Counted from the stretch's first letter, positions 40,096 to 54,398 are shown. The stretch: DNA of 64,000 bases from an uncultured Gemmatimonadaceae bacterium (GCA_963822945.1 CAWGJO010000020.1:480001-544000); one strand, 5' to 3'. Numbers and translations: made by a program. The notes: generated by a model not told the origin, from the letters alone.

Positions 40096-41168
40096 CGGCC
40101 GACCCTCCGGCCCACCGGCTCGTTGCCGGTCGACCCGGCATCGCCGGCAGCCCGGGTGAATGCGTCCGCGAATTCGAGCGCGGTCTGGTATCGGTCGTCG
40201 GGATTGCGTGCGAGCGCCTTGATGAGCACTTGCTCCACCGCCTCTGGAAAGGTCATGTCCGGATGTATCCGCCGCAGCGGAACGGGATCGCCGCGCAGCC
40301 GCGCGACCATCATCTCCTGCTGGGTGCGCCCCTGGAAGGGGAGACGGCCCGTGAGCGTCTCGTAGATCACCAGCGACAACGAATAGATGTCCGTTCGCGG
40401 ATCGAGCGGCCTGCCCCGCAGCTGTTCCGGGCTCATGAACTCCGGCGTGCCCATGATGATCCCCGTCGCCGTCAGCTTCTGCAATTCGGCCCCCGCCCGG
40501 CGCTCCTTGGCCAGCCCGAAGTCCATCACCACGGCATACTCGGTACCGCCCAATCCGCGGCAGATCATGATGTTCTCGGGCTTCAGATCGCGGTGGATGA
40601 TCTTCAGTTCGTGCGCCACGTGCAGTCCCGCGGCGATGTCGCGCACCAGCGGCACCAGCTCCTCGAGCCGGAGATGCCCCATTCGCTGGTTGCGCTCCGA
40701 CAGAATCTCGCCCTCCACGAACGGCATGACCACGTACACCAGGCCTTCGCTGGTCTCGCCCATCCGGACGATGTGGCACACGTTCGGATGGGCGAGCCGC
40801 ATCCCGAGACTGGCCTCGCGCTTGAGACGGGCCATGGCGTTCGTGTCGTTGGACATCGTGCCCGAGAGCACCTTGATCGCGCACGCATCCTGCGACACGA
40901 CATCGGTGGCGAGATAGACGAAAGACATCCCGCCTTCGCCCACCTTGCGCTCGATCCGGTACCGGCCGTCGAGCACCCTGCCCACGATTTGACCGCCCCC
41001 GCCCTCCTTGCCACCGCCAACGGCGGAACCTGCATCCGGCTGCGTCCGCGCCGCCGTGCGGCGGCCGTCCGTCGTGGCATACGGCTCTCCCGACAACCGG
41101 GTGCCGTCCCGTGTGCAGAACTTTGCGTCGTCGGCGTATTCTCGGCGACAGGCAGGACAGCGTTTCAT
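40092..41168 (-). CDS. Hanks-type Ser/Thr kinase with an N-terminal zinc ribbon
   Basis: CPAC...CTRDG; GEGGMS, AIKVL, HRDLKPEN, DFGLAK, GTPEFMSPE. Confidence 0.95.
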   Translation of the reverse strand: MKRCPACRREYADDAKFCTRDGTRLSGEPYATTDGRRTAARTQPDAGSAVGGGKEGGGGQIVGRVLDGRYRIERKVGEGGMSFVYLATDVVSQDACAIKVLSGTMSNDTNAMARLKREASLGMRLAHPNVCHIVRMGETSEGLVYVVMPFVEGEILSERNQRMGHLRLEELVPLVRDIAAGLHVAHELKIIHRDLKPENIMICRGLGGTEYAVVMDFGLAKERRAGAELQKLTATGIIMGTPEFMSPEQLRGRPLDPRTDIYSLSLVIYETLTGRLPFQGRTQQEMMVARLRGDPVPLRRIHPDMTFPEAVEQVLIKALARNPDDRYQTALEFADAFTRAAGDAGSTGNEPVGRRVGR

Positions 41169-41226
41169 GGGCCGAAGGTGCCGCGTCCGGTGCGCAACGT
41201 CAAATCGCCGCGGGTCATGCGCCAGG

Positions 41227-42213
41227 TCACGTGTCCGACAGCAGGGCCTGCAACCCCGCCCAGTCCACGTTGCCGCCGCTCAGTACGGCCACCGTAGATC
41301 CCGTTACGCGCACCGCGCCCGACATCACCGCAGCCACCGTGATCGCCCCGCTCGGTTCGGCCACCAGCTTCGCCCGTTCGAGCAACAGGCGCATCGCGTC
41401 GCGAAGCGCGGCGTCGTCCACCAACACCACCTCGTCCACATAGCGCTGGTGATGGGCAAAGGGCAGATGGCCGATCTCCACGGCCAGGAGACCGTCGGCC
41501 AGGCTCGCCGTTTTCTCCAGCCGCACGGGGGTGCCCGCCGCGCGCGCCCGCGTCAGTTTCGGGGCGCCGGCCGGTTCGACCCCGATCACGCGGACGCCGG
41601 GGGCGGTCAGCTTCACGGCCGCCGCCACGCCGGCGCTCAGCCCGCCGCCACCCACCGGCACCAGCACGGCCGTCACGCCGGGCAGCGCCTCCGTGATTTC
41701 GAGTCCCACCGTGCCCTGGCCGGCGATGATGGTCGGGTCGTCGTACGGCGGCACCACCGTCGAGCCCTCTGCCCGCGCGATCTCGAGTGCTCGATCCATC
41801 CGGTGCGCGGTGGTCGTACCCGCGAGTTCGACGCGCGCCCCCAGGCGCTCCGCGCCCGCGCGCTTGGGTGCCGTCACCGTCGTGGGCATCACCACCGTGG
41901 CCGGGACCCCGAACATGCGCGCCGCCAGCGCGACCGCCTGCGCGTGGTTGCCCGACGACGGCGCGATGACCCCGCGGGCCCGGACCGCCGGCGCCATGTT
42001 CGACAAGTAGTTGTAGGCCCCGCGAAACTTGAACGCGCCGCCCCGCTGCAGCATCTCGGGCTTCAGCCAGAACTCGGCGCCCGTCGCCTCGGCCAGCGCA
42101 TCGAACGGCAGCAGAGGAGTGCGCACCGCCACCGGCGCCAGCACCTCGGCGGCTCGGCGCAGATCGTCGAGCGTCACCAGCGAGCGCGCCGGCTCGTCCT
42201 GCGGATCGTTCAT
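41227..42213 (-). CDS. Threonine/serine dehydratase or serine racemase-like PLP enzyme
   Basis: GAFKFRGA, SSGNHAQA, PVGGGGL, SGGN. Confidence 0.9.
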   Translation of the reverse strand: MNDPQDEPARSLVTLDDLRRAAEVLAPVAVRTPLLPFDALAEATGAEFWLKPEMLQRGGAFKFRGAYNYLSNMAPAVRARGVIAPSSGNHAQAVALAARMFGVPATVVMPTTVTAPKRAGAERLGARVELAGTTTAHRMDRALEIARAEGSTVVPPYDDPTIIAGQGTVGLEITEALPGVTAVLVPVGGGGLSAGVAAAVKLTAPGVRVIGVEPAGAPKLTRARAAGTPVRLEKTASLADGLLAVEIGHLPFAHHQRYVDEVVLVDDAALRDAMRLLLERAKLVAEPSGAITVAAVMSGAVRVTGSTVAVLSGGNVDWAGLQALLSDT

Positions 42214-43487
42214 CAGGAATAGACGCGGTTCCGGCCGCCCGTCTTGGCCTTGTACAGCGACCGGTCGGCTTCGTGCAGCAGCACGTCGGGCGAGATCGGG
42301 TCCGTACCCCGCGCCAGCGCCACCCCGACGGAAACCGTGGCCGCGAGCGGCGACGCCTCCGCCCCGAAGCCGAAGTCCTCCACCCGCCGGCGCAGGCGCT
42401 CGGCGAACGCCACCGCGCCCTCCCACCCGGTGTCGGGGAGCACGATCACGAATTCGTCGCCGCCCAGGCGCGCCACCGCATCGGTGTCGCGCGCCGTGCT
42501 CTTCATGATGGCCACCAACTGCTGCAGCACGAGGTCGCCCACCGGATGGCCGCGGGAATCGTTGATCGTCTTGAAGTGGTCGAGATCGATGGCGACCACC
42601 GCCACCTGCGACCCGCGGCGTTTGGCGAGCCGCCAGTCGCTCCGCAGGCGGTTCTCGAGGGCACGCCGGTTCATGCAGCCGGTGAGCGCGTCGGTGTCGA
42701 TCTGCTCCGCGAACCGATCGCGCATCTTCTCGAAACTCCGGGCCAGCAGCGTGAGGTCGTCCGGGTGTGTCGCCTTGGTGGCGGACAGCTTGGCCGTGAG
42801 CTCCCCCTCCTCTACCAGCCGGCAGAACAGCCGCAATTCGTTCATCCGATTGCGAAAGCTGCCGAACACGAAGACCACCATCGCGCTGACGAGCACGAAC
42901 ACGGTGATCGTCAGAACCACCTCGGGCGGCGAAGGCTTCGGGCCGGGGATGATCGCCGGCGCGGCCAGTTCCACGACGCCGTACGCGACCGCGGTCAGCA
43001 CGGTGGCGTAGGCCCCGAGCCACCACCCGAAATAGAATACCGAGAGCTGCACGCCAAGCAGTCCGATCAACAGCATGCGATGGTGCGCCTGCCCGTACGT
43101 CGTCAGGTAGAAGAATCCGGTCAGGGCCAGGATGTCGGCCGTCACGAGCAGACCGGGCAGCATCGGGTGCAACACGCCGCGCTGGGAACGCTGCACCCAC
43201 CACGAGGTGAGCATCACCGTCGCGATGTAGGCGCCGGAAATTACGAGCGTGGGGAGGAGCGAGACGTCGCGCGGAGCGCTGCCGAAGAGCAGGGCCACCA
43301 ACAGCGCCACCAGCACCGCCAGATAGCGGAGCCACCGCTGCCACAGAATCGCCTCGCGTTGCGCATCGGCCTGGGCGTGCCGCAAGGCGTCACCCAGCTC
43401 GGTGCGATTCTCGACCGAGTCACGGAGGACTTCGAGGGAACTGGTATTCCGTCGAATGGGGGGCGGGGTGCGGGGCGCCGATGTCAT
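42213..43487 (-). CDS. Membrane-bound diguanylate cyclase
   Basis: About 5 TM; DALTG, DLDHFKTIND, RDTD I-site, RLGGDEF. Confidence 0.93.
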   Translation of the reverse strand: MTSAPRTPPPIRRNTSSLEVLRDSVENRTELGDALRHAQADAQREAILWQRWLRYLAVLVALLVALLFGSAPRDVSLLPTLVISGAYIATVMLTSWWVQRSQRGVLHPMLPGLLVTADILALTGFFYLTTYGQAHHRMLLIGLLGVQLSVFYFGWWLGAYATVLTAVAYGVVELAAPAIIPGPKPSPPEVVLTITVFVLVSAMVVFVFGSFRNRMNELRLFCRLVEEGELTAKLSATKATHPDDLTLLARSFEKMRDRFAEQIDTDALTGCMNRRALENRLRSDWRLAKRRGSQVAVVAIDLDHFKTINDSRGHPVGDLVLQQLVAIMKSTARDTDAVARLGGDEFVIVLPDTGWEGAVAFAERLRRRVEDFGFGAEASPLAATVSVGVALARGTDPISPDVLLHEADRSLYKAKTGGRNRVYS

Positions 43488-43668
43488 GCGTGGAAGGCGT
43501 TGGTCGCGCAAAGCTACCGCGCCGGGGGCTCCGGGTAAAGAAGAATCCCCTGTCGAATCGCCCGCGCAGTCCCCATGTTGCCGTGGCCGACGCCGCCGTC
43601 CGCCGCGCCCTGCCGGAATTCATCCGCGCCCGGTTGCGGCGCCAACCGCTTCCCGCCTCTCCACGCCC

Positions 43669-44898
43669 GTGACCTCACGTTCGCGATCCCCTGCGTCCCC
43701 CTCCCCCTCCCCCTCCCTGCGCTCGGTCTTCCTCGGTGCCGCCTTCCTGATGGCGACCTCGGCCGTCGGCCCCGGGTTCCTCACGCAGACGTCGGTGTTC
43801 ACCGCGGAACTGGGCGCCAGCTTCGGCTTCGCGATTCTCGTCTCGGTGGTCGTGGATCTCGTGGCGCAGTTCAATGTCTGGCGTGTGATCGCGGTGAGCG
43901 GCCGCCGGGCGCAGGATCTGGGCAACGCCGTGCTGCCGGGCCTCGGGTGGCTGCTCACCGTACTCGTGGCGGCGGGCGGATTGGCGTTCAACATCGGCAA
44001 CATCGCCGGCACGGGGCTGGGCCTGAACGCCCTGCTGGACGTGCCGGTGAAGACCGGCGCCGCGATCAGCGCCGTGGTGAGCATCGCGATCTTCCTGGTG
44101 CCCGACGCCGGCCGGGCCATGGACCGGTTCGCACAGTTGATGGGCTTCGTGATGGTGGCACTCACACTGTACGTGGCGGTCACGGCCCACCCACCGCTGG
44201 CGGGGGCGATCGTCGGCACCGTGGCCCCCACCGACTGGAGCGTGCTCACGATCGTGACCCTGATTGGGGGTACCGTCGGCGGCTACATCACCTTCGCGGG
44301 CGCGCACCGCCTGCTCGATGCCGGCATTTCCGGCCTCGACGCCCAATCGGAAGTCACGCGCACGGCGGGGCTGGCCATCGGCGTGGCCTCGCTGATGCGC
44401 GTGCTGCTGTTCCTCGCCGTGCTGGGCGTCGTCTCGCGCGGCCTGATGCTCGACCCGGCCAACCCGCCGGCCTCGGTGTTCCGTCTGGCCATCGGCCAGA
44501 TCGGTTATCGCCTGTTCGGGATCGTGATGTGGGCGGCCGCGATCACGTCGGTGGTGGGCGCGGCGTACACCTCGGTGAGCTTTCTCCGCTCCCTGAGTCC
44601 GTGGGCCGATCGGTTCTGGACGCGCCTCGTGATCGGCTTCATCGGGTTGAGCACGATCGTCTTCCTGCTCGTCGGCCGGCCGGTGAAGACGCTGATCGCG
44701 GTGGGCGCGCTGAACGCCCTGGTGCTGCCGGTCGGACTGGTCGTGGTGCTGCTGGCGGCGCACCGGCGTACCCTGATGCCCGAAGGGTACCGGCATCCGC
44801 GCGGGCTCACCATTGCTGGAGCCTTGGTGGCCGCCGCCATGGCGGGGATGGGACTCTATACGCTGGTGACGGAGCTGCCCAAGATGTGGAGCAGGTGA
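43669..44898 (+). CDS. NRAMP-like transporter (YcsG family)
   Basis: GAAFLMATSAVGPGFLTQT, AFNIGN, GGTVGGYITFAGAHR. Confidence 0.9.
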   Translation: MTSRSRSPASPSPSPSLRSVFLGAAFLMATSAVGPGFLTQTSVFTAELGASFGFAILVSVVVDLVAQFNVWRVIAVSGRRAQDLGNAVLPGLGWLLTVLVAAGGLAFNIGNIAGTGLGLNALLDVPVKTGAAISAVVSIAIFLVPDAGRAMDRFAQLMGFVMVALTLYVAVTAHPPLAGAIVGTVAPTDWSVLTIVTLIGGTVGGYITFAGAHRLLDAGISGLDAQSEVTRTAGLAIGVASLMRVLLFLAVLGVVSRGLMLDPANPPASVFRLAIGQIGYRLFGIVMWAAAITSVVGAAYTSVSFLRSLSPWADRFWTRLVIGFIGLSTIVFLLVGRPVKTLIAVGALNALVLPVGLVVVLLAAHRRTLMPEGYRHPRGLTIAGALVAAAMAGMGLYTLVTELPKMWSR

Positions 44899-44899
44899 T

Positions 44900-44956
44900 G
44901 ACCGCGAAGCGCGAACGGTGAAAGGGCGGCCCTTTCACCGTTCGCGCTTCGCGGTC
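44900..44956. repeat. Perfect 27-bp inverted repeat built of heptamers, between convergent genes (bidirectional terminator or REP-like)
   Basis: GACCGCGAAGCGCGAACGGTGAAAGGG-CGG-CCCTTTCACCGTTCGCGCTTCGCGGTC. Confidence 0.9.
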
Positions 44957-44960
44957 CACC

Positions 44961-47477
<2,517 letters not shown>

Positions 47478-47702
47478 GTTGGCGGTCGGGGGAAAGGCAG
47501 AAATGTGGGGTTGGACAGACTGCGAAACATACCCGTTTCGGGGGCGAAAATCAACCGAGCGGACTACCTGTAAGTCTTTGCGTCAAAGCAACTTGTAGAC
47601 ATGGAACCGGGCGGTCCCGCCGGGCGCTGAACGCCGCCGAACTTACGCGCGGAAGCGGCGCTCGAAAACGCCCGTTCCCGCCCGGCATTCCCCACCGTCC
47701 GA

Positions 47703-47927
47703 CTACGTTCGCGTCCCGCGCCTGCGATCGAAGATCACGCTCCGCCGGCACTCCGGGCAGAGGAGCCACTCGCGGCGCCGGGCATACCCGAGTCCGAACG
47801 ACCCACCGCCGATCTCACGCACGGTCATCACCGCGCCGTCGCGCGGACAGTGCACGGTACCGCCCCCCGCGTACGCCGCGCGCACGGCCCGCTCCTCGTC
47901 CGGTTCGAACTGCGCATGCTCCGTCAC
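47703..47927 (-). CDS. Small zinc-ribbon hypothetical protein
   Basis: CPRDG...CPEC; start is GTG at 47927 or 47942. Confidence 0.65.
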   Translation of the reverse strand: MTEHAQFEPDEERAVRAAYAGGGTVHCPRDGAVMTVREIGGGSFGLGYARRREWLLCPECRRSVIFDRRRGTRT

Positions 47928-47938
47928 CCGTTCACCGT

Positions 47939-48985
47939 TCACCCTTCACGCGTCACCTCCAGCACGATCTTCCCGAACTGCTTTCCCTCCTGCAGCCGCG
48001 CGTACGCCTCCCGTCCGTCGTCCAGCGCGTACACCCGGTCCACCGGCGGCAGCAGCCGGCCAGCGCGCAGATGCTCGACGATCGCCGTGAACTCCGCGTC
48101 GTTCCCCATCGTCGATCCGAGAATCGAATACTGGTTCCAGAACAGCCGCCGCACGTCGGTCTCGACCATCGGCCCCGTGGTCGCGCCGCAGGTGACGAGC
48201 CGCCCGCGCTTGCCCAGTGCGGCGAGCGACTGCTTCCACGTCGCCATCCCCACGTTGTCCACTACCACGTCCACACCGGCCTTCCCGGTAGCGGCGCGGA
48301 TCTCACGCGCCACGTCCTGTGTGCGATGATTGAGCGTGTGGTCCGCGCCCAGCGCACGCGCCCTCTCCAGCTTCTCGTCGCTCCCCGACGTGACCCAGAC
48401 CTCGGCGCCCAGCAGCTTGCAGATCTGGAGCGCGGCCGTGGCCACGCCGCCCCCGATGCCCCAGATCAGCACGCGCTCGTCTGCCCGGAGTTGCGCGCGC
48501 GTCACCAGCATCCGCCACGCGGTCATGGTCGCCAGCCCGAACGCCGCCGCCTCGGGCACCGGCGTGTCGGCCGGAATCGGTCGCACGTTGAACCCGGGCA
48601 CCACCGCGTATTCGGCCGCCGTGCCCGGATGGTGCTCACCGAGGATCCCGAACTTCACGCACAGCGAGTGCTCGCCTTCCCGGCAGTACGCGCACGTCCG
48701 GTCGCTGATGCCCGGATTGACCACCACCGTGTCTCCCTGGCGCACCCCGGTGACGTCAGGGCCCACGAGGTCCACCACTCCCACGGCGTCGGCAGCCACC
48801 ACCCACGGCGGCACGAGCGGCACGCCGGGCAGTCCGGCCAGCACGAACAGGTCCAGGTGATTCAACGCCACGGCCTTCACCCGCACGCGCACGTCGGTGC
48901 CCGACCGAAGGGCCGGTTCGGGAAGGTCGTCGCGAATCTCCAGCCGGTCGAGCCCGCCGTGAGCGGCGATCGTGAGTGCTCGCAC
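47939..48985 (-). CDS. Zinc-binding alcohol dehydrogenase / quinone oxidoreductase (MDR family)
   Basis: ALNHLD, CAYC...C, GIGGGVA, CGATTG, GSTMG, FGKIVL. Confidence 0.9.
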   Translation of the reverse strand: MRALTIAAHGGLDRLEIRDDLPEPALRSGTDVRVRVKAVALNHLDLFVLAGLPGVPLVPPWVVAADAVGVVDLVGPDVTGVRQGDTVVVNPGISDRTCAYCREGEHSLCVKFGILGEHHPGTAAEYAVVPGFNVRPIPADTPVPEAAAFGLATMTAWRMLVTRAQLRADERVLIWGIGGGVATAALQICKLLGAEVWVTSGSDEKLERARALGADHTLNHRTQDVAREIRAATGKAGVDVVVDNVGMATWKQSLAALGKRGRLVTCGATTGPMVETDVRRLFWNQYSILGSTMGNDAEFTAIVEHLRAGRLLPPVDRVYALDDGREAYARLQEGKQFGKIVLEVTREG

Positions 48986-49117
48986 TGCTCCCTCTACGGT
49001 TATATTCCACACGCTTGCGGCCGCAGGCACTGCCGCCGCGCTTCGGGCTGCTGGAAATATGCACCGTGCGCCCGGCCCATGCGCCGCAGCGGCCACCGCG
49101 AACCGACACGGAATCCG

Positions 49118-50356
49118 ATGACGTCCATCAAGGTCCCCCCGCTCGGGGAGTCGATCACCGAAGCGATCGTGTCCCGCTGGCTCAAAGCCGAGGGCGACCC
49201 GGTTGCACCGGGCGAAACGATCGTCGAACTCGAGACGGACAAGATCACCGTCGAGGTGCCGTCGCTCACCGGCGGCGTGCTCACCAAGCATCTGCACGCC
49301 GAGGGCGACACGGTGCACGTGGACGACGAGCTCGCGCAGTTGGACGAGTCGGCCAAACCGGCGACCGCGACGCCCACGCCGGCAGCGCCGGGTCCCAAGG
49401 CGGCCCCGGTGCCCTCACCCGCCGCGGCCGCGCCCACCGCCGTCGCGGGCGACGAGCGCCGCCGCGTATCGCCGGCGGCACAGCGGTTGGCGGCGGAGTC
49501 CGGCGTCGATCTCTCGACCGTGCCCGGCACGGGAATGGGCGGCGTGGTGAGCAAGCCCGACGTGGTCGAGGCACTGAACGCACCGCCCGCGGCGCCGGCC
49601 CGCCCCGCGGCGCCGCGCCCCGCGCCCGCCGCGCCTCGTCCCGCCGAGATGCCGCACGAGCAGCGCGAAACGCGTGAGAAGATGACCACCCGGCGCAAGC
49701 GGATTGCCGAGAACCTCCTGCAGTCGCAGCACGCCACGGCGCATCTCACCACGTTCAACGAGATCGACATGACCGGCGTCGTGTCGCTGCGCTCACGCCT
49801 CCGCGACCGCGTGGAGAAGGAACACGGCGTCAAGCTCTCGTTCATGCCCTTTTTCGTGAAGGCCGCGTGCCAGGCCCTCAAGGCGTTCCCGACGGTCAAC
49901 GCGCAAATCGACGGCGACGAGATCATCTACAAGCACTACGTCAACATGGGCATCGCGGTGGCCTCGGACGCGGGGCTCGTGGTGCCGAACATCAAGGACG
50001 CCGACCGCCTGGGACTCCTCGACATCGCGCGCAGCATGAATGCCGTGGCCGACCGGGCCCGCAATGCGAAGCTCACGATGGACGACCTGACCGGTGGCAC
50101 GTTCACCATCACCAACGGCGGTGTGTTCGGGTCGCTCGTCTCGACGCCCATTCTCAACTATCCGCAGGTCGGGATCCTCGGCCTGCACAAGATCCAGGAC
50201 CGCCCGGTCGCGATTGACGGCCAGGTCGTCGTGCGGCCGATGATGTACATCGCGCTCTCGTACGACCACCGCATCGTGGACGGCCAGCAGGCCGTGCTGT
50301 TCCTGGTGCGCATCAAGGAACTGATGGAAGAACCGGGGGCGATGCTGGTCGAGTAG
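49118..50356 (+). CDS. sucB: 2-oxoglutarate dehydrogenase E2 (dihydrolipoamide succinyltransferase)
   Basis: Lipoyl [34 protein letters not shown]. Confidence 0.95.
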   Translation: MTSIKVPPLGESITEAIVSRWLKAEGDPVAPGETIVELETDKITVEVPSLTGGVLTKHLHAEGDTVHVDDELAQLDESAKPATATPTPAAPGPKAAPVPSPAAAAPTAVAGDERRRVSPAAQRLAAESGVDLSTVPGTGMGGVVSKPDVVEALNAPPAAPARPAAPRPAPAAPRPAEMPHEQRETREKMTTRRKRIAENLLQSQHATAHLTTFNEIDMTGVVSLRSRLRDRVEKEHGVKLSFMPFFVKAACQALKAFPTVNAQIDGDEIIYKHYVNMGIAVASDAGLVVPNIKDADRLGLLDIARSMNAVADRARNAKLTMDDLTGGTFTITNGGVFGSLVSTPILNYPQVGILGLHKIQDRPVAIDGQVVVRPMMYIALSYDHRIVDGQQAVLFLVRIKELMEEPGAMLVE

Positions 50357-50392
50357 GGATCCGTCGCGACCGCTCTCGCCCCACCCAACGCC

Positions 50393-51805
<1,413 letters not shown>

Positions 51806-51809
51806 CGGC

Positions 51810-52223
51810 ATGCCGACACGTGCCCGCGACCTGATCGAGTCGACCCTCGGCGGAACGCCGTATCTGGCGCGCGCCCTCGAGTTGCTCGACCTGGCCGAGC
51901 AGCAGAACTCGGACGAATCGTGCGCCGTCTGGACGGAGCACGAGGGCGCGGTCACGTCGCTGGCGCTGGTGGGCATGGTGGCGGGGGCACGCGGCGCCGG
52001 CCGCATCCACCTGCTGCTCGGCGACGACCCACGCCTCGTGGCCCGCGCCTGTGACGTACTACGCGCGATGGGGGCGCGGTTCGCCATCGCCGAGTGGCCG
52101 GACGACATCCCGTTCCGCGAAGCCCTGCGGCGACTGCGCGAGGAAGGCTTCGCTCAGGAAGCGCGGATTCCCGACTATTTCCGCGCCGGCGTGGACCAGG
52201 TGTTCATGCGGCGCGATCTGTAG
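51810..52223 (+). CDS. Hypothetical protein, degenerate GNAT-like
   Basis: C-terminal GFAQEARIPDYFRAGVD resembles the end of GNAT proteins. Confidence 0.6.
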   Translation: MPTRARDLIESTLGGTPYLARALELLDLAEQQNSDESCAVWTEHEGAVTSLALVGMVAGARGAGRIHLLLGDDPRLVARACDVLRAMGARFAIAEWPDDIPFREALRRLREEGFAQEARIPDYFRAGVDQVFMRRDL

Positions 52224-52230
52224 CCGGAGA

Positions 52231-52836
52231 CTAGACCCGCAGGGCCGCGGTTGCGGCGTCGAGCGCCAGGGCCGCCCACTCGGCGTACGTCGCACCTGAC
52301 GGATGGAGGCCGTCGGCCACGAACCCGGCCGGATCGGTGGCCGTGCGCGAACGGCCGGTGATATCCACGTAGCGGGCGCCCGCCCCTGCGGTCGCCGACC
52401 GGACCACCCCGTTGAACGCGTCGATGCCGGCGGCGATCGCCGCCCGGTCGCGCCCGTCGGCGAACGGCGACACCCCCCAGTCCGGAATCGAGAGGACGAC
52501 CACCCGCCCGGTACGCCCGCCGGCGAACCCCGCCGCCTGCCGGAGAAGCCGTGCGAAACACGGGGCGAACTGGTCGGGCGTCGCTCCGCGGAAGTGGTCG
52601 TTCACGCCGATGAGCAGCGACACCAGCGGGTACGGGCCCTGCGGCGCAGCGGCGTCGATGCCCGCCGCCAGTTCGTCGCACGTCCACCCCGACCGGGCCA
52701 GGATCTGTGGATCGGCAACCGGGAAGCCGAGGCCGCGCAACGCGGCGGCGAGCTGGACCGGCCACCGTTCGGCGGCGGCGACCCCCTCGCCGATGGTGTA
52801 CGAGTCGCCGAGCGCGAGGTATCGCGCCCCGTTCAC
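52231..52836 (-). CDS. SGNH/GDSL hydrolase
   Basis: ALGDSYT, IGVND, DGLHPS. Confidence 0.92.
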   Translation of the reverse strand: MNGARYLALGDSYTIGEGVAAAERWPVQLAAALRGLGFPVADPQILARSGWTCDELAAGIDAAAPQGPYPLVSLLIGVNDHFRGATPDQFAPCFARLLRQAAGFAGGRTGRVVVLSIPDWGVSPFADGRDRAAIAAGIDAFNGVVRSATAGAGARYVDITGRSRTATDPAGFVADGLHPSGATYAEWAALALDAATAALRV

Positions 52837-53306
52837 GAGGCGCGCGCCGCGAGCGCGCGCTTGAGCACGGCAATCTGTCCGGCATGGTACAGCGTATGCT
52901 GGACCGCGCCGTGGAGCATGACGTAGGCCGAGTAGGGATGGCCGTGAACCATGTCGTCGAGAGATCGGCTGGGATTCCGAAGCACCGCCTGCGCGAGTGC
53001 GTCATGTGCCGCCAGCGCCGACTTGCAGGCCGCGGCCCAGGCCGCGGGGTCGGCGCTCTGCACCGGCGGAAAGTTCTCGGCTGCCGTGGGCTCGGCGTGG
53101 TCGCCTTCGAACCGTCGTTGCGCGGTACGCGTCCAGGTCTGGACGTGACCCACGAGTTCCCAGATGCTGTGGGCGTCCGGGATGGGGTGGGCGGCGGCGT
53201 CAGCGGCCGACACCCCGTCGATCGCCTCGCCCAGCGACGGGCCATGCCAGGCATCGCCATGGGCGGCGCGCCGGATCTGGTCCGCAATGCGCGCGGCTTC
53301 TGTCAT
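52833..53306 (-). CDS. DinB family protein
   Basis: AWHGPS, HSIWELVGH, HTLYHAGQI. Confidence 0.9.
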   Translation of the reverse strand: MTEAARIADQIRRAAHGDAWHGPSLGEAIDGVSAADAAAHPIPDAHSIWELVGHVQTWTRTAQRRFEGDHAEPTAAENFPPVQSADPAAWAAACKSALAAHDALAQAVLRNPSRSLDDMVHGHPYSAYVMLHGAVQHTLYHAGQIAVLKRALAARAS

Positions 53307-53335
53307 CGGAGCCTCCGTACGAACCGGGTGGTACG

Positions 53336-53372
53336 AAAAAGGCGACCAGGATCGCGAAGGAACCTGGCCGCC
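53336..53372 (-). terminator. Rho-independent terminator after the sigma/anti-sigma pair
   Basis: Minus strand GGCGGCCAGG...CCTGGTCGCC followed by a T run. Confidence 0.7.
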
Positions 53373-53395
53373 TGAATCGGACGCCGAAGCGAGCT

Positions 53396-53827
53396 TCAGC
53401 GCACAAGCAATGCGGTGACGATGGATGCGGCCGCGACCAGGGCCATACCCACGAGCAGGGCAGTGCCCGGCGTGACCACGAACTCACGCCGGTACCAGGG
53501 CGTGATCGTTCCCGCCGGTGCGTGCGTGGGCAGCGAGGCCATGATCTGCGCCTCCACGTGCTGTGGGGTACGCATTCGGCGAACCCGCGCCATCTCGACA
53601 TCCAAGCCCCGCCAGAATTCCACGTCTTTTGCAGCGTCACTTTTGCGCACGGCAGCCTCCGGCAGCTCCCCATCCAACCACGCATGTACGGGTGCGGCGA
53701 TGGGACGATCCGCCTGCGAACCCAACGGCACTTCACGATCTATCAGCGGGCGCGCCGGCGCATCCTCGGCAGGACGCTTCTGGACGTCGCGCGAGAGCCC
53801 CGCGTCGGAACTCAGGTCGTCGTACAT
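53396..53827 (-). CDS. Probable anti-sigma factor (single C-terminal TM)
   Basis: HAWLDGEL motif; directly downstream of the ECF sigma. Confidence 0.7.
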   Translation of the reverse strand: MYDDLSSDAGLSRDVQKRPAEDAPARPLIDREVPLGSQADRPIAAPVHAWLDGELPEAAVRKSDAAKDVEFWRGLDVEMARVRRMRTPQHVEAQIMASLPTHAPAGTITPWYRREFVVTPGTALLVGMALVAAASIVTALLVR

Positions 53828-53828
53828 G

Positions 53829-54398
53829 TCAGGCGTACTTCTCCTCGAGTAGTGCTTGGAGCGCCTCGCGCGCGCGATGCACGCGCATCTTCAACGCTCC
53901 AACCGTTGTGCCCAGTAGATCCGCCATCTCTTCGTACGAACGCCCTTCTACGTGCTTCATGACGAACGCTTCCCGCAACGAGGCGGGCAGCGACGTCAGC
54001 GCACGATCGAGATCCGATCGCAGTTCCGTCCGGTCCAGTTCCTCGTCCGGAGTCGCATGCTGCGAGGGTTGGTCATCCTCCTCGTAACTCAGATGCGACC
54101 GCCGAATATTCTTCAGCCAATCCTTGCAGCCATTTGCGACGATCCGAAACACCCAGGCGTCAAATCGCCCGCGTACCTCGGACAGGTGCTGGTACGCCTT
54201 GATGAAGGAAAGCTGGAGGATGTCTTCCGCGACATCCGGGCTCCCCGTCATGCACAGAGCGTGCCGGTACAGCGGGTCACTGTAGCGCGTGATCAACAGC
54301 CGGAAGGCATCGCGTTGGCCCGCGAGCACCTGCTGGATGATCAGTTGATCAGACCCGTCCTGATCAACAACTGAGGCGGTGGATTCCGTCGTCTTCAC
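53829..54398 (-). CDS. ECF RNA polymerase sigma factor
   Basis: DVAEDILQ..F, FDAWVFRIVAN, LP...REAF, SYEEMA, VKMR-like LKMRVHRAR; start uncertain. Confidence 0.92.
   Translation of the reverse strand: MKTTESTASVVDQDGSDQLIIQQVLAGQRDAFRLLITRYSDPLYRHALCMTGSPDVAEDILQLSFIKAYQHLSEVRGRFDAWVFRIVANGCKDWLKNIRRSHLSYEEDDQPSQHATPDEELDRTELRSDLDRALTSLPASLREAFVMKHVEGRSYEEMADLLGTTVGALKMRVHRAREALQALLEEKYA

Noticed and set aside
43481..43672. 63-aa ORF overlapping the NRAMP-like gene start
   Set aside because: Lies in the divergent promoter region with no motif or RBS support.
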